Shown: positions 37,887 to 49,185, counted from the stretch's first letter. The stretch is DNA of 64,000 nt from Longimicrobiales bacterium (GCA_965116905.1 OZ220732.1:2816001-2880000), one strand, 5' to 3'. The notes: generated from the letters alone by a model not told the origin. Numbers and translations are program-made.

Positions 37887-38990
37887 ATGTCCAGGAACCC
37901 GACATCCGGAACACCCGCAACACCAAAGAACGGTAAGGAACGGCAACGACGGGAGAAAGCGCTCACCACCGCCCTTACGCAGATCGAGCGATCGTACGGC
38001 CGCGGGGCGATCATGCGCATGGGCTCGGACAGCGCCAGTCTCCAGATCGAGAGCATCTCGACCGGAGCGATCAATCTGGACGCCGTCATCGGAGTCGGGG
38101 GAGTTCCCAGGGGACGAATCAGCGAGATCTATGGACCCGAGTCGTCGGGCAAGACGACACTGTGCCTCCACGTGATCGCCAACGCACAGCGCGACGGAGG
38201 CATTGCCGCATTCATCGACGCCGAGCATGCGCTCGACATCCAGTACGCCCGCAGGCTCGGGATCGACGTCGACAATCTGCTGGTATCGCAGCCCGACACG
38301 GGTGAGCAGGCGCTGGAGATTGCGGAGGTTCTCATCCGCAGCAACGCCGTGGACATCATCGTGGTGGATTCGGTCGCCGCGCTGGTGCCCAGGGCGGAGA
38401 TCGAAGGAGAGATGGGAGACTCTCATGTGGGGTTGCAGGCCCGCCTCATGAGCCAGGCTCTCAGGAAGCTGACCGGCGCGGTGAGCCGATCCAACGCCGC
38501 CGTCATCTTCACCAACCAGATTCGGGAGAAGATCGGCGTCATGTTCGGAAGCCCGGAAACGACCTCGGGGGGACGTGCTCTCAAGTTCTATGCCTCCCTG
38601 CGCATGGATATCCGGCGCATAGGCGCCCTGAAGGACGGGCCGGAGATCATCGGGAACCGGACCCGTGTGAAGGTGGTCAAGAACAAATGCGCACCACCGT
38701 TCAAGCAGGCGGAATTCGATATCCTCTACGGCAAGGGAATCAGCCACACGGGTCTTCTCATCGATATCGGCGTCGAGCGGGGAATCGTCGACAAGTCCGG
38801 GTCGTGGTTCTCCTACGGCGATCTGCGGCTGGGGCAGGGGAAGGAGAATGTCCGGACCTTCCTCGAAGAGAACACCGACATTGCCGAGGAGATCCAGTCG
38901 CGCCTGCTGGTGGCCTTGGGGATCACCGGGGCCGACGAGACGGCCTCCGGTGCCGGCGAACAGGAGGGTCCCGCGGTGAAGGTTGTCTGA
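37887..38990 (+). CDS. recA: Recombinase A
   Basis: [41 protein letters not shown]; no intein. Confidence 0.99.
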   Translation: MSRNPTSGTPATPKNGKERQRREKALTTALTQIERSYGRGAIMRMGSDSASLQIESISTGAINLDAVIGVGGVPRGRISEIYGPESSGKTTLCLHVIANAQRDGGIAAFIDAEHALDIQYARRLGIDVDNLLVSQPDTGEQALEIAEVLIRSNAVDIIVVDSVAALVPRAEIEGEMGDSHVGLQARLMSQALRKLTGAVSRSNAAVIFTNQIREKIGVMFGSPETTSGGRALKFYASLRMDIRRIGALKDGPEIIGNRTRVKVVKNKCAPPFKQAEFDILYGKGISHTGLLIDIGVERGIVDKSGSWFSYGDLRLGQGKENVRTFLEENTDIAEEIQSRLLVALGITGADETASGAGEQEGPAVKVV

Positions 38991-39212
38991 GCGTTGGACG
39001 AGTAGGGGGCGGATTGCCGCGGCCACGGCCTGCACTCGCCGGGGCCGCGATCCGGGTCGGGGTCCGCAATCCGGATTGCGGTTGGGCAGTCGATCGCGGG
39101 TTGGGCTAACTTTACCGTCAGTATCGCCGGGTTGACATCGGCGACGCTGCAAGTCAACCGACCGATCGGCGACGACCTCGCCGCTTGCCCATCCGATGAC
39201 ATCCCCCATCCG

Positions 39213-41906
39213 ATGACGTCCCTCGAAATCCGACGCAGATTCCTCGAGTTCTTCCGGGGTCACGGCCACCAGGTCCGTCCGAGTTCGTCGCTCGTGCCCG
39301 CCAACGACCCGACGCTGCTTTTCACCAACGCCGGAATGGTGCAGTTCAAGGATGCGTTTCTGGGGACCGAGACCCCTTCCTTTGTGAGGGCCGTCACCTC
39401 CCAGAAGTGTGTGCGCGCGGGGGGGAAGCACAACGATCTCGAAGAGGTGGGCCGCACGGCCAGGCATCACACGTTCTTCGAGATGCTGGGCAACTTTTCG
39501 TTCGGCGACTACTTCAAGCGTGAGGCCATTGGGTACGCCTGGGACTTCCTGACGGTCGAGATGGCACTGGACGTGGACCGTCTCTTCGTCACGGTCCACC
39601 ACACCGACGACGAGGCGGCCGAACTCTGGGCCGAAGTGGCCGGGGTACCGCCCGAACGGATCTACCGGCTGGGGGACAAGGACAACTTCTGGCAGATGGC
39701 CGACACGGGTCCCTGCGGGCCCTGCTCCGAGGTGCACTACGACATGCGCCCCCCCGACGAGCTCGGGTCAGTGCTCCCGACAGCCGAATTCGAGGCGCGC
39801 GGAGAGGCGGGCGAGTTCCTGGAGCTTTGGAACCTGGTCTTCATGCAGTTTGACCGGGACGAAAACGGGGTCCAGCATCCCCTTCCGGCCCCGAGCATCG
39901 ATACCGGGCTGGGGCTCGAGCGCCTGGCGGCGGTCATGCAGGGTGTCGGGAGCAACTACCACACCGACCTGTTCCTGCCCCTGCTCGACGAGGTCGCGGG
40001 GGTGGTCGGGCGCCCGTACGGCAAGGATACCGAAGAAGGGGTCTCGTTCCGTGTGATTGCCGATCACGCGCGGGCGGTCGCATTCCTCCTGGCCGATGGC
40101 GTCTTTCCGTCGAACGATGGTCGCGGATACGTGCTGAGGCGGATCCTGCGGCGTGGTGTGCGCCACGCGTGGCTCCTGGGCCGGCGCGAGCCCACGCTCG
40201 CGGCCGTGGCCCGGGTGGTGATCGATGAAATGGGCGAGGCCTACCCGGAGCTCGTGGCGGGCCGTGACGGGATTCTGACCATGGCGGGCGCCGAAGAAGA
40301 GCGCTTCCTGGGCACCATCGAGGGGGGCATGGACAGGCTGGGTCACGTGGCGCCCAGGCTGTCCGCCACCCCTGTGACGCGCCCGGTGATCCCCGGCGCC
40401 GAGGTGTTCCGGCTGTATGACACGTTCGGCTTCCCGGCCGACCTGACCCGCATCGTGGCGGACGAACGGGGCTACGATCTCGACATGGAGGGATTCCGGG
40501 CGGCGCTCGAAGCGCAGCGGAAGAGGTCGCGAATGGGAGCAGGAGCGGGTACCGCGGCGGCCTCGGCCCTTGACCATGGCGATTCGGCCGACAGGGAATC
40601 CGACGGCTGCCCGCCGCCCCCGTGGCACATGCCGGAGGGCTGTCCGGCCCCGAGGTTCGTGGGATACGATGCGCTTGTCGCCGATACCGACGTGATCGAC
40701 TACTGTGCCGGGGATGGCCGGTTGAGTCTCATTCTGCAGGACCGTCCCTTCTATCTAGAAGCCGGTGGCCAGGTGTCCGACCGCGGCCGGGTATCGGCTG
40801 CGGGATGGAGCATGGACGTGGAGGAGATCGTCCGCGATGGCGACCACGTACTCATCCGCGGCCGGCCCGAGGGTCGGTTTCCCGGTGAAGAAGCACTCGG
40901 CCGCCGGGTCTCCGCTCAGGTCGATGCCGCTTCGCGCCGCGACACCGAGCGCAATCACACCGGAACCCACCTCCTTCACGCTGCCCTGCGGTCGGTTCTG
41001 GGACAGCACGTCGTTCAGCGCGGTTCGCTTGTCGCACCCGACCGGCTCAGGTTCGATTTCGCGCACACGGCGCCCCTGACGGAGGCCGAGATCGACGCCG
41101 TCGAGGCGATGGTCAACGAAGGCGTCTGGCTCAATCACCCGGTGCGCACCTCCATTCGACCGTACGAGGCCGCCGTCCGGGACGGGGCGATGGCGCTCTT
41201 CGGCGAGAAGTACGCCGACGAAGTGCGCGTGGTCGAGGTGCCCGGGGTGAGCATGGAGCTGTGTGGCGGGACGCACGTCGCCCGCACGGGGGAGATCGGG
41301 CTCTTCAAGATCACATCGGAGACGGGCGTGGGCGGAGGAGTCAGGCGGATCGAGGCACTGACGGGCCGCGGGGCGTTCGCGCATCTGGACGGCTACCGCG
41401 ATCGCATCGTGGCGCTGGCGGCGTCCGTGAAGTCCATGCCGGACAACGTGGAGCGGCGCGTCGGGGAGCTCCTGAGGGACAAGCAGGCGCTGGAACGCCT
41501 GGTGGACGACCTTCGCAGCCATGGCGCGGGTGGCGCCGATGCGCTGGCCGAGACGGAGTTCGAGGTTGACGGGGGTCGCCTGAAATACCGGGGTGTGCGC
41601 CTGAGCGTGCGCGGGCCCGCCGACGTGCGAAAGTGGGGCGACGCGTTTCGGGCGTCGGACGATGCCGGGGTGGCGCTGGTGGTGGCCGAGATGCCGGGAG
41701 GCAAGCTGTCCCTGTTCGCGTTCGCAAGTGACCGCGCGATCGCGGCCGGAGCGCGGGCCGACAAGGTGGTGCGCGCGGTGGCGGCCGCGGTGGGGGGCAG
41801 CGGTGGCGGAAGGCCGCACATGGCCCAGGCCGGAGTGCCTGATCCGGCGGGGATCGCGGCAGCGGTCCGTGATGGCGCGAAGGTGATCGACGAGCTGGTG
41901 CAATGA
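39213..41906 (+). CDS. alaS: Alanine-tRNA ligase
   Basis: LLFTNAGM, HHTFFEMLGNFSFGDYFK, NHTGTHLL, ELCGGTH, GGGRP. Confidence 0.98.
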   Translation: MTSLEIRRRFLEFFRGHGHQVRPSSSLVPANDPTLLFTNAGMVQFKDAFLGTETPSFVRAVTSQKCVRAGGKHNDLEEVGRTARHHTFFEMLGNFSFGDYFKREAIGYAWDFLTVEMALDVDRLFVTVHHTDDEAAELWAEVAGVPPERIYRLGDKDNFWQMADTGPCGPCSEVHYDMRPPDELGSVLPTAEFEARGEAGEFLELWNLVFMQFDRDENGVQHPLPAPSIDTGLGLERLAAVMQGVGSNYHTDLFLPLLDEVAGVVGRPYGKDTEEGVSFRVIADHARAVAFLLADGVFPSNDGRGYVLRRILRRGVRHAWLLGRREPTLAAVARVVIDEMGEAYPELVAGRDGILTMAGAEEERFLGTIEGGMDRLGHVAPRLSATPVTRPVIPGAEVFRLYDTFGFPADLTRIVADERGYDLDMEGFRAALEAQRKRSRMGAGAGTAAASALDHGDSADRESDGCPPPPWHMPEGCPAPRFVGYDALVADTDVIDYCAGDGRLSLILQDRPFYLEAGGQVSDRGRVSAAGWSMDVEEIVRDGDHVLIRGRPEGRFPGEEALGRRVSAQVDAASRRDTERNHTGTHLLHAALRSVLGQHVVQRGSLVAPDRLRFDFAHTAPLTEAEIDAVEAMVNEGVWLNHPVRTSIRPYEAAVRDGAMALFGEKYADEVRVVEVPGVSMELCGGTHVARTGEIGLFKITSETGVGGGVRRIEALTGRGAFAHLDGYRDRIVALAASVKSMPDNVERRVGELLRDKQALERLVDDLRSHGAGGADALAETEFEVDGGRLKYRGVRLSVRGPADVRKWGDAFRASDDAGVALVVAEMPGGKLSLFAFASDRAIAAGARADKVVRAVAAAVGGSGGGRPHMAQAGVPDPAGIAAAVRDGAKVIDELVQ

Positions 41907-42208
41907 CCGGTGGCATGACGATTCCGGAGTGGATTGCGCAGCGCGAACGTCGGGTGCCGGACGCGTTTCAGTTCTGCCTGCAGGCCGACGCCCCGGCTTC
42001 CCTGGCGACCCTCGTCCACGCGGCGGACGCGGAGCTGGCCGCGTACGGCGATGCCAGCGATCGCACTGCCGCGTACGCACTGCTGGCGGCAGACGCGTAC
42101 ATCACGTACGCTTGTCTCTGGGCGGTGCTGGAAGAGGATGATCGCGGTGTCTTGCGTGAGGTGGCGGAGCGGGTGGTGCGTGGCTGGGATGTCGGGGATC
42201 GGAGATGA
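41903..42208 (+). CDS. Hypothetical protein
   Basis: 101-aa ORF with ATGA overlaps at both ends; ALLAADAYITYAC helix. Confidence 0.65.
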   Translation: MTGGMTIPEWIAQRERRVPDAFQFCLQADAPASLATLVHAADAELAAYGDASDRTAAYALLAADAYITYACLWAVLEEDDRGVLREVAERVVRGWDVGDRR

Positions 42209-43008
42209 CCGGGGGTTACTCGGACTTTCACAACCATCTCGTCCCCGGGGTCGACGACGGCTCACGCAGTTTGGCCGACGCCCTGCATTCGATTGAACGC
42301 ATGGTCGAGGCAGGAGTCGTCCGGATCATCACGACCCCGCATTTTCGGGCTTCTTCGCTTGAGTCGCCCCTGCTGGGCGACCTGATGGCACACCACGACG
42401 AGCGCTGGCGGAGCGTCCGGGATGCCGCGTGTGACGCTTTCCCGGAGCTGGACCTCCGCAGGGGATTCGAGATTCGCCTCGACATTCCCGAGCCGGATCT
42501 GTCCGATCGCAGAACCCGGCTGGGCGGTACACGCTTCGTGCTGGTGGAGTGGCCCGCGTTCCGAGTGCCCCGCAACGGGTCCGAAGTCCTGAAGAGGCTG
42601 GTGGCATCGGATTGCGTTCCGGTGGTCGCCCATCCGGAGCGCTACCGCGGACTCGGTCGCGGGTTGGGGGCGGCGCACGCGTGGAAGAAGGCGGGAGCCC
42701 GGCTTCAGGGGAACTACGGCTCCCTTTCCGGACAGTACGGACACGAGCCGAGGGATCGGATCATGAGATTGCTCGGCGCGGGCATGCTCGACTATCTGTC
42801 CTCCGACTTCCACGGGCGCCCGGAGTACACCTTCTACATGGACCAGGGCGTGGAGGTGTTGCGGCAATGGGGTGGGGAAGAGCAACTGCAATTGCTTGCG
42901 CGGGATAACCCGGCGCGGCTGTTCCGGGGAGAGTCCCCGCGCGCGGTCCCGCCGCTCCGGGTTCCGGAAGCGTTCAAGCAAAAAACGGGAGGTGGGGTCG
43001 ATGGGTAG
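42205..43008 (+). CDS. PHP-family protein-tyrosine phosphatase (CpsB/YwqE-like)
   Basis: DFHNHLVPGVDDGS, TTPH, AHPERY, SSDFH. Confidence 0.9.
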   Translation: MTGGYSDFHNHLVPGVDDGSRSLADALHSIERMVEAGVVRIITTPHFRASSLESPLLGDLMAHHDERWRSVRDAACDAFPELDLRRGFEIRLDIPEPDLSDRRTRLGGTRFVLVEWPAFRVPRNGSEVLKRLVASDCVPVVAHPERYRGLGRGLGAAHAWKKAGARLQGNYGSLSGQYGHEPRDRIMRLLGAGMLDYLSSDFHGRPEYTFYMDQGVEVLRQWGGEEQLQLLARDNPARLFRGESPRAVPPLRVPEAFKQKTGGGVDG

Positions 43009-43627
43009 AGTGGGCATACGTTCCGGGTTGTCGGAACTCGCGACGGTCGCCGGCCTGGCGGCAGAGACACTGCAGGAGGAGATCACGGAGTACGCGACCC
43101 GTGCGTTGACAGCCGTCGCGGACGGAAACAAGCTGATGTTCTGTGGGAACGGGGGTTCGGCGGCCGACGCCCAGCACCTCGCTGCCGAATACGTGGTGCG
43201 GATGGCCTGGACGCGGCCGGCCCTCCCCGCGCTGGCGCTGACGGCGGATACGTCCGTTCTGACCGCATGCGCCAACGACCGCGGATTTGACGAGGTGTTC
43301 GCGCGCCAGGTCGCTGCCTTGGGCAGACCCGGTGACCTTCTCGTGATACACTCGGTATCGGGAGATTCGGTCAACCTGGTCATGGCGACCGCTCAGGCTC
43401 GGCGCAGAGGTGTCGCAACCGTCGGTCTTCTGGGTAGCGGCGGTGGCCAACTCGCCGCCCTGGTCGATGTTGCCGTCCGCGTACCCACGGAGCGAGTTTC
43501 CCGGGCACAGGAGGTACAACTTGCGATTGGACACATCGTTTGCCGCTACGTGGAAGAGTCCCTCTTCGGAGACGTGGCCACCCATACCGAAGATCCGTTC
43601 GACTCCCAGGCTCTGCTAGGCCCGTGA
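43001..43627 (+). CDS. gmhA: Phosphoheptose isomerase (SIS domain)
   Basis: CGNGGSAADAQHLAAE, ANDRGF, FARQV, RAQE...GH. Confidence 0.85.
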   Translation: MGRVGIRSGLSELATVAGLAAETLQEEITEYATRALTAVADGNKLMFCGNGGSAADAQHLAAEYVVRMAWTRPALPALALTADTSVLTACANDRGFDEVFARQVAALGRPGDLLVIHSVSGDSVNLVMATAQARRRGVATVGLLGSGGGQLAALVDVAVRVPTERVSRAQEVQLAIGHIVCRYVEESLFGDVATHTEDPFDSQALLGP

Positions 43628-44391
43628 ACGCAACCGAGTTCGGACTGGAAGGCAAGCGTGCGCTGGTGACCGGCGGCTCGCGCGGCGTGGGGGCTGCGGC
43701 CGTACGGCTGCTCGCGGGTGCCGGTGCCGACGTGGGCATCTCATACCACAGCCGCAGCGACGAGGCGGACCGCGTGGTGCGGGAGGCCAGGGCCATGGGT
43801 GTCAGGAGCTGGGCCGAAGGTGGCGACATCGCCGACCGGGATGCCGTGGACCGTCTCTTCAGCCGCGTGGACCGGGAGTTCGGCAGCCTCGACATCTTTG
43901 TCGGCAATGCCGGCATCTGGCCGGTCGCGGACGTGCCGCTTTCACAGATGGACGATGCGCGCTGGCGGCGTACCATCGCGGTCAACCTGGATTCGGTCTT
44001 CTTTACGACCCGCGAGGCATTGCGCCGCATGAACGACGACGGGCGCGTGATCCTGGTGAGCTCCACCGCCGGACAGCGCGGCGAGGCCTACCATTCCGAC
44101 TACGCCGCCACGAAGGGCGCGATGATCTCGATGGTGAAGGGTCTCTGCGTGGAAGTCGGCTCCAGAGGCATTACGGTCAACTCGGTAGCGCCCGGCTGGA
44201 TCGACACCGAGATGTCCCAGGACGCGCTGGGCAGCGGGGACCGCGCCAGGATCGAGGCGGACATTCCCATCGGCAGGGTCGCGACGGCGGAGGATGTCGC
44301 GGGACCGATCGTGCTGTTGTGCTCGCCGCTGGCACGCCACATCACGGGCGAGATTCTCAACGTTAACGGAGGAGCAGTACTCGTCGGGTGA
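43624..44391 (+). CDS. SDR family oxidoreductase (FabG-like)
   Basis: TGGSRGVG, NAG, YAATK, PGWIDT. Confidence 0.9.
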   Translation: MNATEFGLEGKRALVTGGSRGVGAAAVRLLAGAGADVGISYHSRSDEADRVVREARAMGVRSWAEGGDIADRDAVDRLFSRVDREFGSLDIFVGNAGIWPVADVPLSQMDDARWRRTIAVNLDSVFFTTREALRRMNDDGRVILVSSTAGQRGEAYHSDYAATKGAMISMVKGLCVEVGSRGITVNSVAPGWIDTEMSQDALGSGDRARIEADIPIGRVATAEDVAGPIVLLCSPLARHITGEILNVNGGAVLVG

Positions 44392-45710
44392 CGGGCATGA
44401 CCGAGCGGAAGGTGCTCCCCGTTCGGTCCCGCGAGTCTGCTGGACGAATGAGCATGCGAATCGAGGTACCGCCTGCCGTTTGCGAAATGGTCGAACGCCT
44501 GGAGACGGCCGGGTTCGAGACGTGGACGGTGGGAGGCGCCATCCGGGACGCGGTGCGTGGCAACCCGGGAGAGCCCGAGGACTGGGACCTGGCGACCCGG
44601 GCGCGCCCCCGGCAGGTACGGCGTCTCTTTGCACGCACGGTCCCGCTGGGCATGGAATACGGGACGGTGGGCGTCTTCGGGAGCGACGGCATCCTCTACG
44701 AGGTCACCACCTTTCGACACGATGTGATCACCTACGGACGCAAGGCGGTCGTCGCCTTTGCCGAAAGCCTCCTTGATGACCTTGCCCGGCGGGACTTCAC
44801 CATCAACGCCATGGCATGGCATCCTGGACAGCAGAGGCTGTGCGACCCCCACGGTGGGCGCAAGGATCTGGAACGTGGGATCCTGCGGGCGGTGGGTACG
44901 CCATCCGAGCGCTTCCGGGAGGACTATCTCCGTGTGCTCCGGGGGTTGCGCTTTGCCGGAGCACCGGGATTCGAGGTCGAGCCCGCCACCTGGGCGGGAA
45001 TGGTGGAAGCGGCACCGGGGATATCGAAGCTCTCGGTCGAGCGCATACGCGAGGAGCTGATGAAGGTCCTGGCCGGACCGAGCCCTTCCCGGGCGCTGGA
45101 CCTGTATCGGCGCTGCGGCGCCATGGCGCAGGTCTTCCCCGAGATTGCGCGCCCCTTTGGCGCTGATGCCCTGGCCGCGGTGGACGCCGTGGGGGGGAAT
45201 CCGGCCGTGCGGTTGACCATCCTGTTGCTGCACGGTCTGGGCGTCGCCGCGCCCCTCCCGGAGGTGTCGAACCTCGTGGCACGCCTCCGCTTTTCCAACA
45301 GCGAGGTGGAGCGGATCCGCCTGACGTTCAGTGGCGGCCTGAGGCCACCGGAGGGACTGGAGCACGACGCAGCGGCTCGCAGGCGATGGACGTCGCCATT
45401 CGGGGCCGCGGCGATTGGCGACGTCTTCCGGGTGTGGCGCGCTGTGGAAAGGACCGGTGCGGTCCGTGACGCAACGGTCGAGCGCACCATCGCGGCCATC
45501 GAGCGGGACATTCGGCAGGGGGTCCCGCTGTCGATACGGGAGCTGGATGTTGCAGGTCGCGACCTCGTGGCGCTCGGATGGCAGCCGGGCCCCGACATCG
45601 GGAACGCGCTGCGCCAACTGCTGGAGGCGGTGTGGGAGGAGGCCGTGCCGAACGACCACGCGCAGCTGCTCGCTCTGGCGGCACGCATGGATCCGGCCGG
45701 AGGCACCTGA
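44388..45710 (+). CDS. cca: tRNA nucleotidyltransferase (CCA-adding)
   Basis: VGGAIRD, DWDLAT, LARRDFTINA, EDYLRVLR, ERIREEL; start may be 44448 or 44454. Confidence 0.85.
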   Translation: MTGMTERKVLPVRSRESAGRMSMRIEVPPAVCEMVERLETAGFETWTVGGAIRDAVRGNPGEPEDWDLATRARPRQVRRLFARTVPLGMEYGTVGVFGSDGILYEVTTFRHDVITYGRKAVVAFAESLLDDLARRDFTINAMAWHPGQQRLCDPHGGRKDLERGILRAVGTPSERFREDYLRVLRGLRFAGAPGFEVEPATWAGMVEAAPGISKLSVERIREELMKVLAGPSPSRALDLYRRCGAMAQVFPEIARPFGADALAAVDAVGGNPAVRLTILLLHGLGVAAPLPEVSNLVARLRFSNSEVERIRLTFSGGLRPPEGLEHDAAARRRWTSPFGAAAIGDVFRVWRAVERTGAVRDATVERTIAAIERDIRQGVPLSIRELDVAGRDLVALGWQPGPDIGNALRQLLEAVWEEAVPNDHAQLLALAARMDPAGGT

Positions 45711-47071
45711 TGGACAAGACGTTCGATCTGTTCCCGGATGCGGCCACCTCCGGCCGGGCGCAGGGTGGGGATCCGGCCGGTCCGGGGCAGGCGGGACGGT
45801 CCGCACCGCTGGCCGCGCGGATGCGGCCGCGAACGCTGGCGGAGTTCCGTGGCCAGGAGCAGGTCGTCGGACCGGGTGGTTCCGTCCGCACGATGATCGA
45901 CAACGGAAAGATCGACAGCTTCATTCTCTGGGGACCGCCGGGCTCGGGAAAGACGACACTGGCCAGACTGGCCGCGGAGTCCGTCGAGGCTGCCTTCGTC
46001 TCCTTCAGCGCGGTGACCGAGGGCGTGGCGAGGGTGCGCGAGATCATTGCCGAGGCAACTGCCCGCCGCCAGGCCGGCGGCCGCGCGACGATCCTCTTCT
46101 GCGACGAGATCCACCGGTTCAACAAGGCCCAGCAGGACGCGTTCCTGCCGGTAGTGGAAGCGGGTGTCATCACCCTGATAGGCGCCACGACCGAGAACCC
46201 CAGCTTCGAGGTGGTGCGGCCCCTCCTTTCCCGTGCTCCGGTCGTGGTGCTTGCGCCGCTCTCACGGGGCGAGCTGGTGCAGGTTCTTCATGACGCGCTC
46301 CACGACGGAGAGCGGGGATTCGGTGAAGCCGGGCTAGTCGCACCCACGGAGGTCGTGCGGCGTATCGCCGAGTTCGCGGACGGCGATGCAAGGCGCGCGC
46401 TGGGCATCCTCGAGCGCGCGGTGGCGGTGTGCGGGGCTGGCGGCACGCTGTCCACCGAAGCGGTCGAGACCGCGATGCAACACCGCTTCGCCGTATACGA
46501 CAAATCCGGCGACCAGCACTACGATCACATCTCGGCCCTTCACAAGTCGGTGCGCGGAGGGGATCCGGATGCTGCGCTCTACTGGCTTGGCCGAATGCTC
46601 GACGCCGGCGAGGATCCCCTGTACATCGCGCGACGCCTGGTACGCATGGCCGCCGAGGACATCGGTCTCGCCAATCCGTCCGCGCTCGCGGTGACGGTGG
46701 CCTGCCGCGACGCGTATCGGTTTCTGGGCTCGCCCGAAGGGGAGCTGGCCCTCGCGCAGGCCGTGGTGTACCTGGCCGGCAGCCCGAAGTCCAACCGTCT
46801 CTACAAGGGGTGGAGCAAGGCGCTGGCGCGTGCGAGAGAGACGCCTGGCGAAGCCGTGCCGATGCACCTCCGCAACGCCCCCACCGGGCTGATGAAGGAA
46901 CTTGGCCACGGAGAGGGGTATCTTTACGATCCGGAACAACCGGGGGGCGTGTCTCGTCAGCAATACCTGCCGGAGCGGTTGATCGGCGAGACGTTCTACA
47001 ACCCCGGCCCAAAGGGCTGGGAGGCCGACCTGGACAGGCGGCTTTCCGAATGGCGGCAACAGAGGAGATAG
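45710..47071 (+). CDS. rarA: Replication-associated recombination protein A
   Basis: PLAARMRP, GPPGSGKTT, DEIHRFNKAQQD, ISALHKSVRG, VPMHLRNAPT. Confidence 0.95.
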   Translation: MDKTFDLFPDAATSGRAQGGDPAGPGQAGRSAPLAARMRPRTLAEFRGQEQVVGPGGSVRTMIDNGKIDSFILWGPPGSGKTTLARLAAESVEAAFVSFSAVTEGVARVREIIAEATARRQAGGRATILFCDEIHRFNKAQQDAFLPVVEAGVITLIGATTENPSFEVVRPLLSRAPVVVLAPLSRGELVQVLHDALHDGERGFGEAGLVAPTEVVRRIAEFADGDARRALGILERAVAVCGAGGTLSTEAVETAMQHRFAVYDKSGDQHYDHISALHKSVRGGDPDAALYWLGRMLDAGEDPLYIARRLVRMAAEDIGLANPSALAVTVACRDAYRFLGSPEGELALAQAVVYLAGSPKSNRLYKGWSKALARARETPGEAVPMHLRNAPTGLMKELGHGEGYLYDPEQPGGVSRQQYLPERLIGETFYNPGPKGWEADLDRRLSEWRQQRR

Positions 47072-47098
47072 CGACCGATTCCGACCCAACTGCTGGAC

Positions 47099-48397
47099 AT
47101 GCGGACGCCCGTCGACCGCGCAATCCTGGTGGGCACTCCCGGCGACTCCGAGCGGGTGGAACACGTGAGAGACCATCTCGCGGAACTGGGCAAACTGACC
47201 GATACGGCCGGCGGACTGATCGCGGGCGAACTCGTGCAGCGCCGCCGGGCGCCCGGGCCACGCTACTACCTCGGGCGAGGCAAGGCCGCCGAGCTCTCGG
47301 AGCTGGTGCGCGAGAAGGACGCGAATCTGATCATCTTCGACGATGAGCTGACTCCCGCCCAGGGCAAGAACCTGGAAGAACTGTGCGGGGTGCGGGTCAT
47401 GGACCGCGCCGAGCTCATCCTCGACATCTTCGCGACCCGCGCCAGGACGCACGAGGCGCGCATGCAGGTCGAGCTGGCCCAGCTGCAATACCTCCTGCCC
47501 CGGCTCCGGCGCATGTGGATCCACCTGTCCCGCATCCGTGGGGGGATCGGGCTGCGCGGTCCCGGTGAGACGCAGCTGGAGACCGACCGCAGGCTGATCG
47601 GCACCAGGATCGCCGAACTACGGCGCAAGTTGCGCGGCGTCGCACGCGCGCAGGCCGTGCGGCGCAAGCGGCGGGAGGGGAGCTTCCGAGCCGCGCTCGT
47701 CGGCTACACGAACGCCGGGAAGTCCTCCTTGCTGCAGGCGCTGTCGGGTTCGAAGCAACTGGTGGAAGACCGGCTGTTCGCCACACTGGACGCGTCGACG
47801 CGCGTCGTCGATGTCGGGGGTGGGCATGAGGTTCTGGTCACCGATACGGTGGGGTTCATACGCAAGCTGCCCCATCATCTGATCGCATCGTTCCGGTCGA
47901 CCCTCGAGGAGGCGGTCGAGGCGGACGTGCTGCTCCACGTCATCGACGCGTCGCACCCCCAGGTCGACAGCCAGAGGCGGGTGGTGCGCGGCGTCCTTGA
48001 GGAACTCGACCTGCGCCGGCGTCCGCGCATCGTCGTGTTCAACAAGATCGATCTCCTCGGGAAGGATGAACTGCTGGCGCTGCGCAAGCGCGTCACGGCG
48101 CCCGGCCGACATCCGCTGTTCGCGTCCGCCGTCAGGCCCGCCACCCTGGAGCCACTCCGCCGGGAGTTGCGGGAGAGGGTCCGCGCCCGCATGCAGACGG
48201 TGGACGTGGAGATGCCCGCCGGAGAGGGCAGGGCCCTGGCGGCGTTGTATCACGAAGGTGAAGTCCTGTCACGCAGTCAGCACGGGAGTGTGGTGCGGGT
48301 GGTCGCGAACGCCCCGCCGGCCCTCATCGGCCGGCTCCGGTCCCGTGACGGAGTACGGGTCAAGGCACATCAATCCAACGGAGGGTCCACTCCATGA
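47099..48397 (+). CDS. hflX: GTPase HflX
   Basis: [36 protein letters not shown]. Confidence 0.95.
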   Translation: MRTPVDRAILVGTPGDSERVEHVRDHLAELGKLTDTAGGLIAGELVQRRRAPGPRYYLGRGKAAELSELVREKDANLIIFDDELTPAQGKNLEELCGVRVMDRAELILDIFATRARTHEARMQVELAQLQYLLPRLRRMWIHLSRIRGGIGLRGPGETQLETDRRLIGTRIAELRRKLRGVARAQAVRRKRREGSFRAALVGYTNAGKSSLLQALSGSKQLVEDRLFATLDASTRVVDVGGGHEVLVTDTVGFIRKLPHHLIASFRSTLEEAVEADVLLHVIDASHPQVDSQRRVVRGVLEELDLRRRPRIVVFNKIDLLGKDELLALRKRVTAPGRHPLFASAVRPATLEPLRRELRERVRARMQTVDVEMPAGEGRALAALYHEGEVLSRSQHGSVVRVVANAPPALIGRLRSRDGVRVKAHQSNGGSTP

Positions 48398-49164
48398 GGC
48401 TGTATATCAACATCGACCACGTCGCGACGGTCCGTCAGGCGCGCCGCACCGACGAGCCCGATCCCGTGCGCGCCGCCGTGCTCGCGGAACTCGGCGGTGC
48501 CGACGGGATCACGATCCACCTGCGCGAGGACCGGCGGCACATCAACGACCGTGACGTTCGACTGCTGGCCGAAACCGTGCGCACCGGCATCAACTTCGAG
48601 CTCGCGGCCGCCGATCCGGTGGTCGACATCGCGGTCGCCCTGGCTCCGATGCAGGCCACGCTGGTGCCCGAAAAGCGCGAGGAGGTGACCACCGAGGGCG
48701 GTCTCAACCTGGCGTCCGCCTCGGTTCGTGACGGTGTGGCGGCCGCACTCCGGCGCCTGGAGGACGCGGGGACCCGCACGTCGCTCTTCATCGATCCGGA
48801 GCCCGCCGCGCTCGACCATTCCGCGGACCTGGGCGCGCACGCGGTCGAGCTCCATACCGGCGAGTACGCCAACGCCGGCAGCGACACCGAAAGGGCGGCC
48901 GAACTCGCCCGTCTGGCCTCCGCCGCGGAGCATGGGCACAGTCTCGGGCTGGCGATCCACGCCGGGCACGGCCTCACCTACGAGAACGTCGTGCCGGTTG
49001 CGGCCCTGCGGCACATCGAAGAGCTGAACATCGGCCACAGCGTGATTTCGCGGGCGGTGCTGGTGGGGCTCGAGCGCGCGGTTGGGGAGATGAAGGCGAT
49101 CGTACTGGGGGCACCCGGACGGGTCTCGAATCCCGGGGCGTGGGTGCCGCCGAAGGGCTTCTAG
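48394..49164 (+). CDS. pdxJ: Pyridoxine 5'-phosphate synthase
   Basis: [37 protein letters not shown]. Confidence 0.97.
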   Translation: MRLYINIDHVATVRQARRTDEPDPVRAAVLAELGGADGITIHLREDRRHINDRDVRLLAETVRTGINFELAAADPVVDIAVALAPMQATLVPEKREEVTTEGGLNLASASVRDGVAAALRRLEDAGTRTSLFIDPEPAALDHSADLGAHAVELHTGEYANAGSDTERAAELARLASAAEHGHSLGLAIHAGHGLTYENVVPVAALRHIEELNIGHSVISRAVLVGLERAVGEMKAIVLGAPGRVSNPGAWVPPKGF

Positions 49165-49185
49165 CGTCTGCCAGCGCCCCGATCC

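Noticed and set aside
43001..43627. GmhA motif drift (SVSGDS for STSGNS)
   Set aside because: Key His, Glu and Gln residues are retained; likely ordinary divergence.
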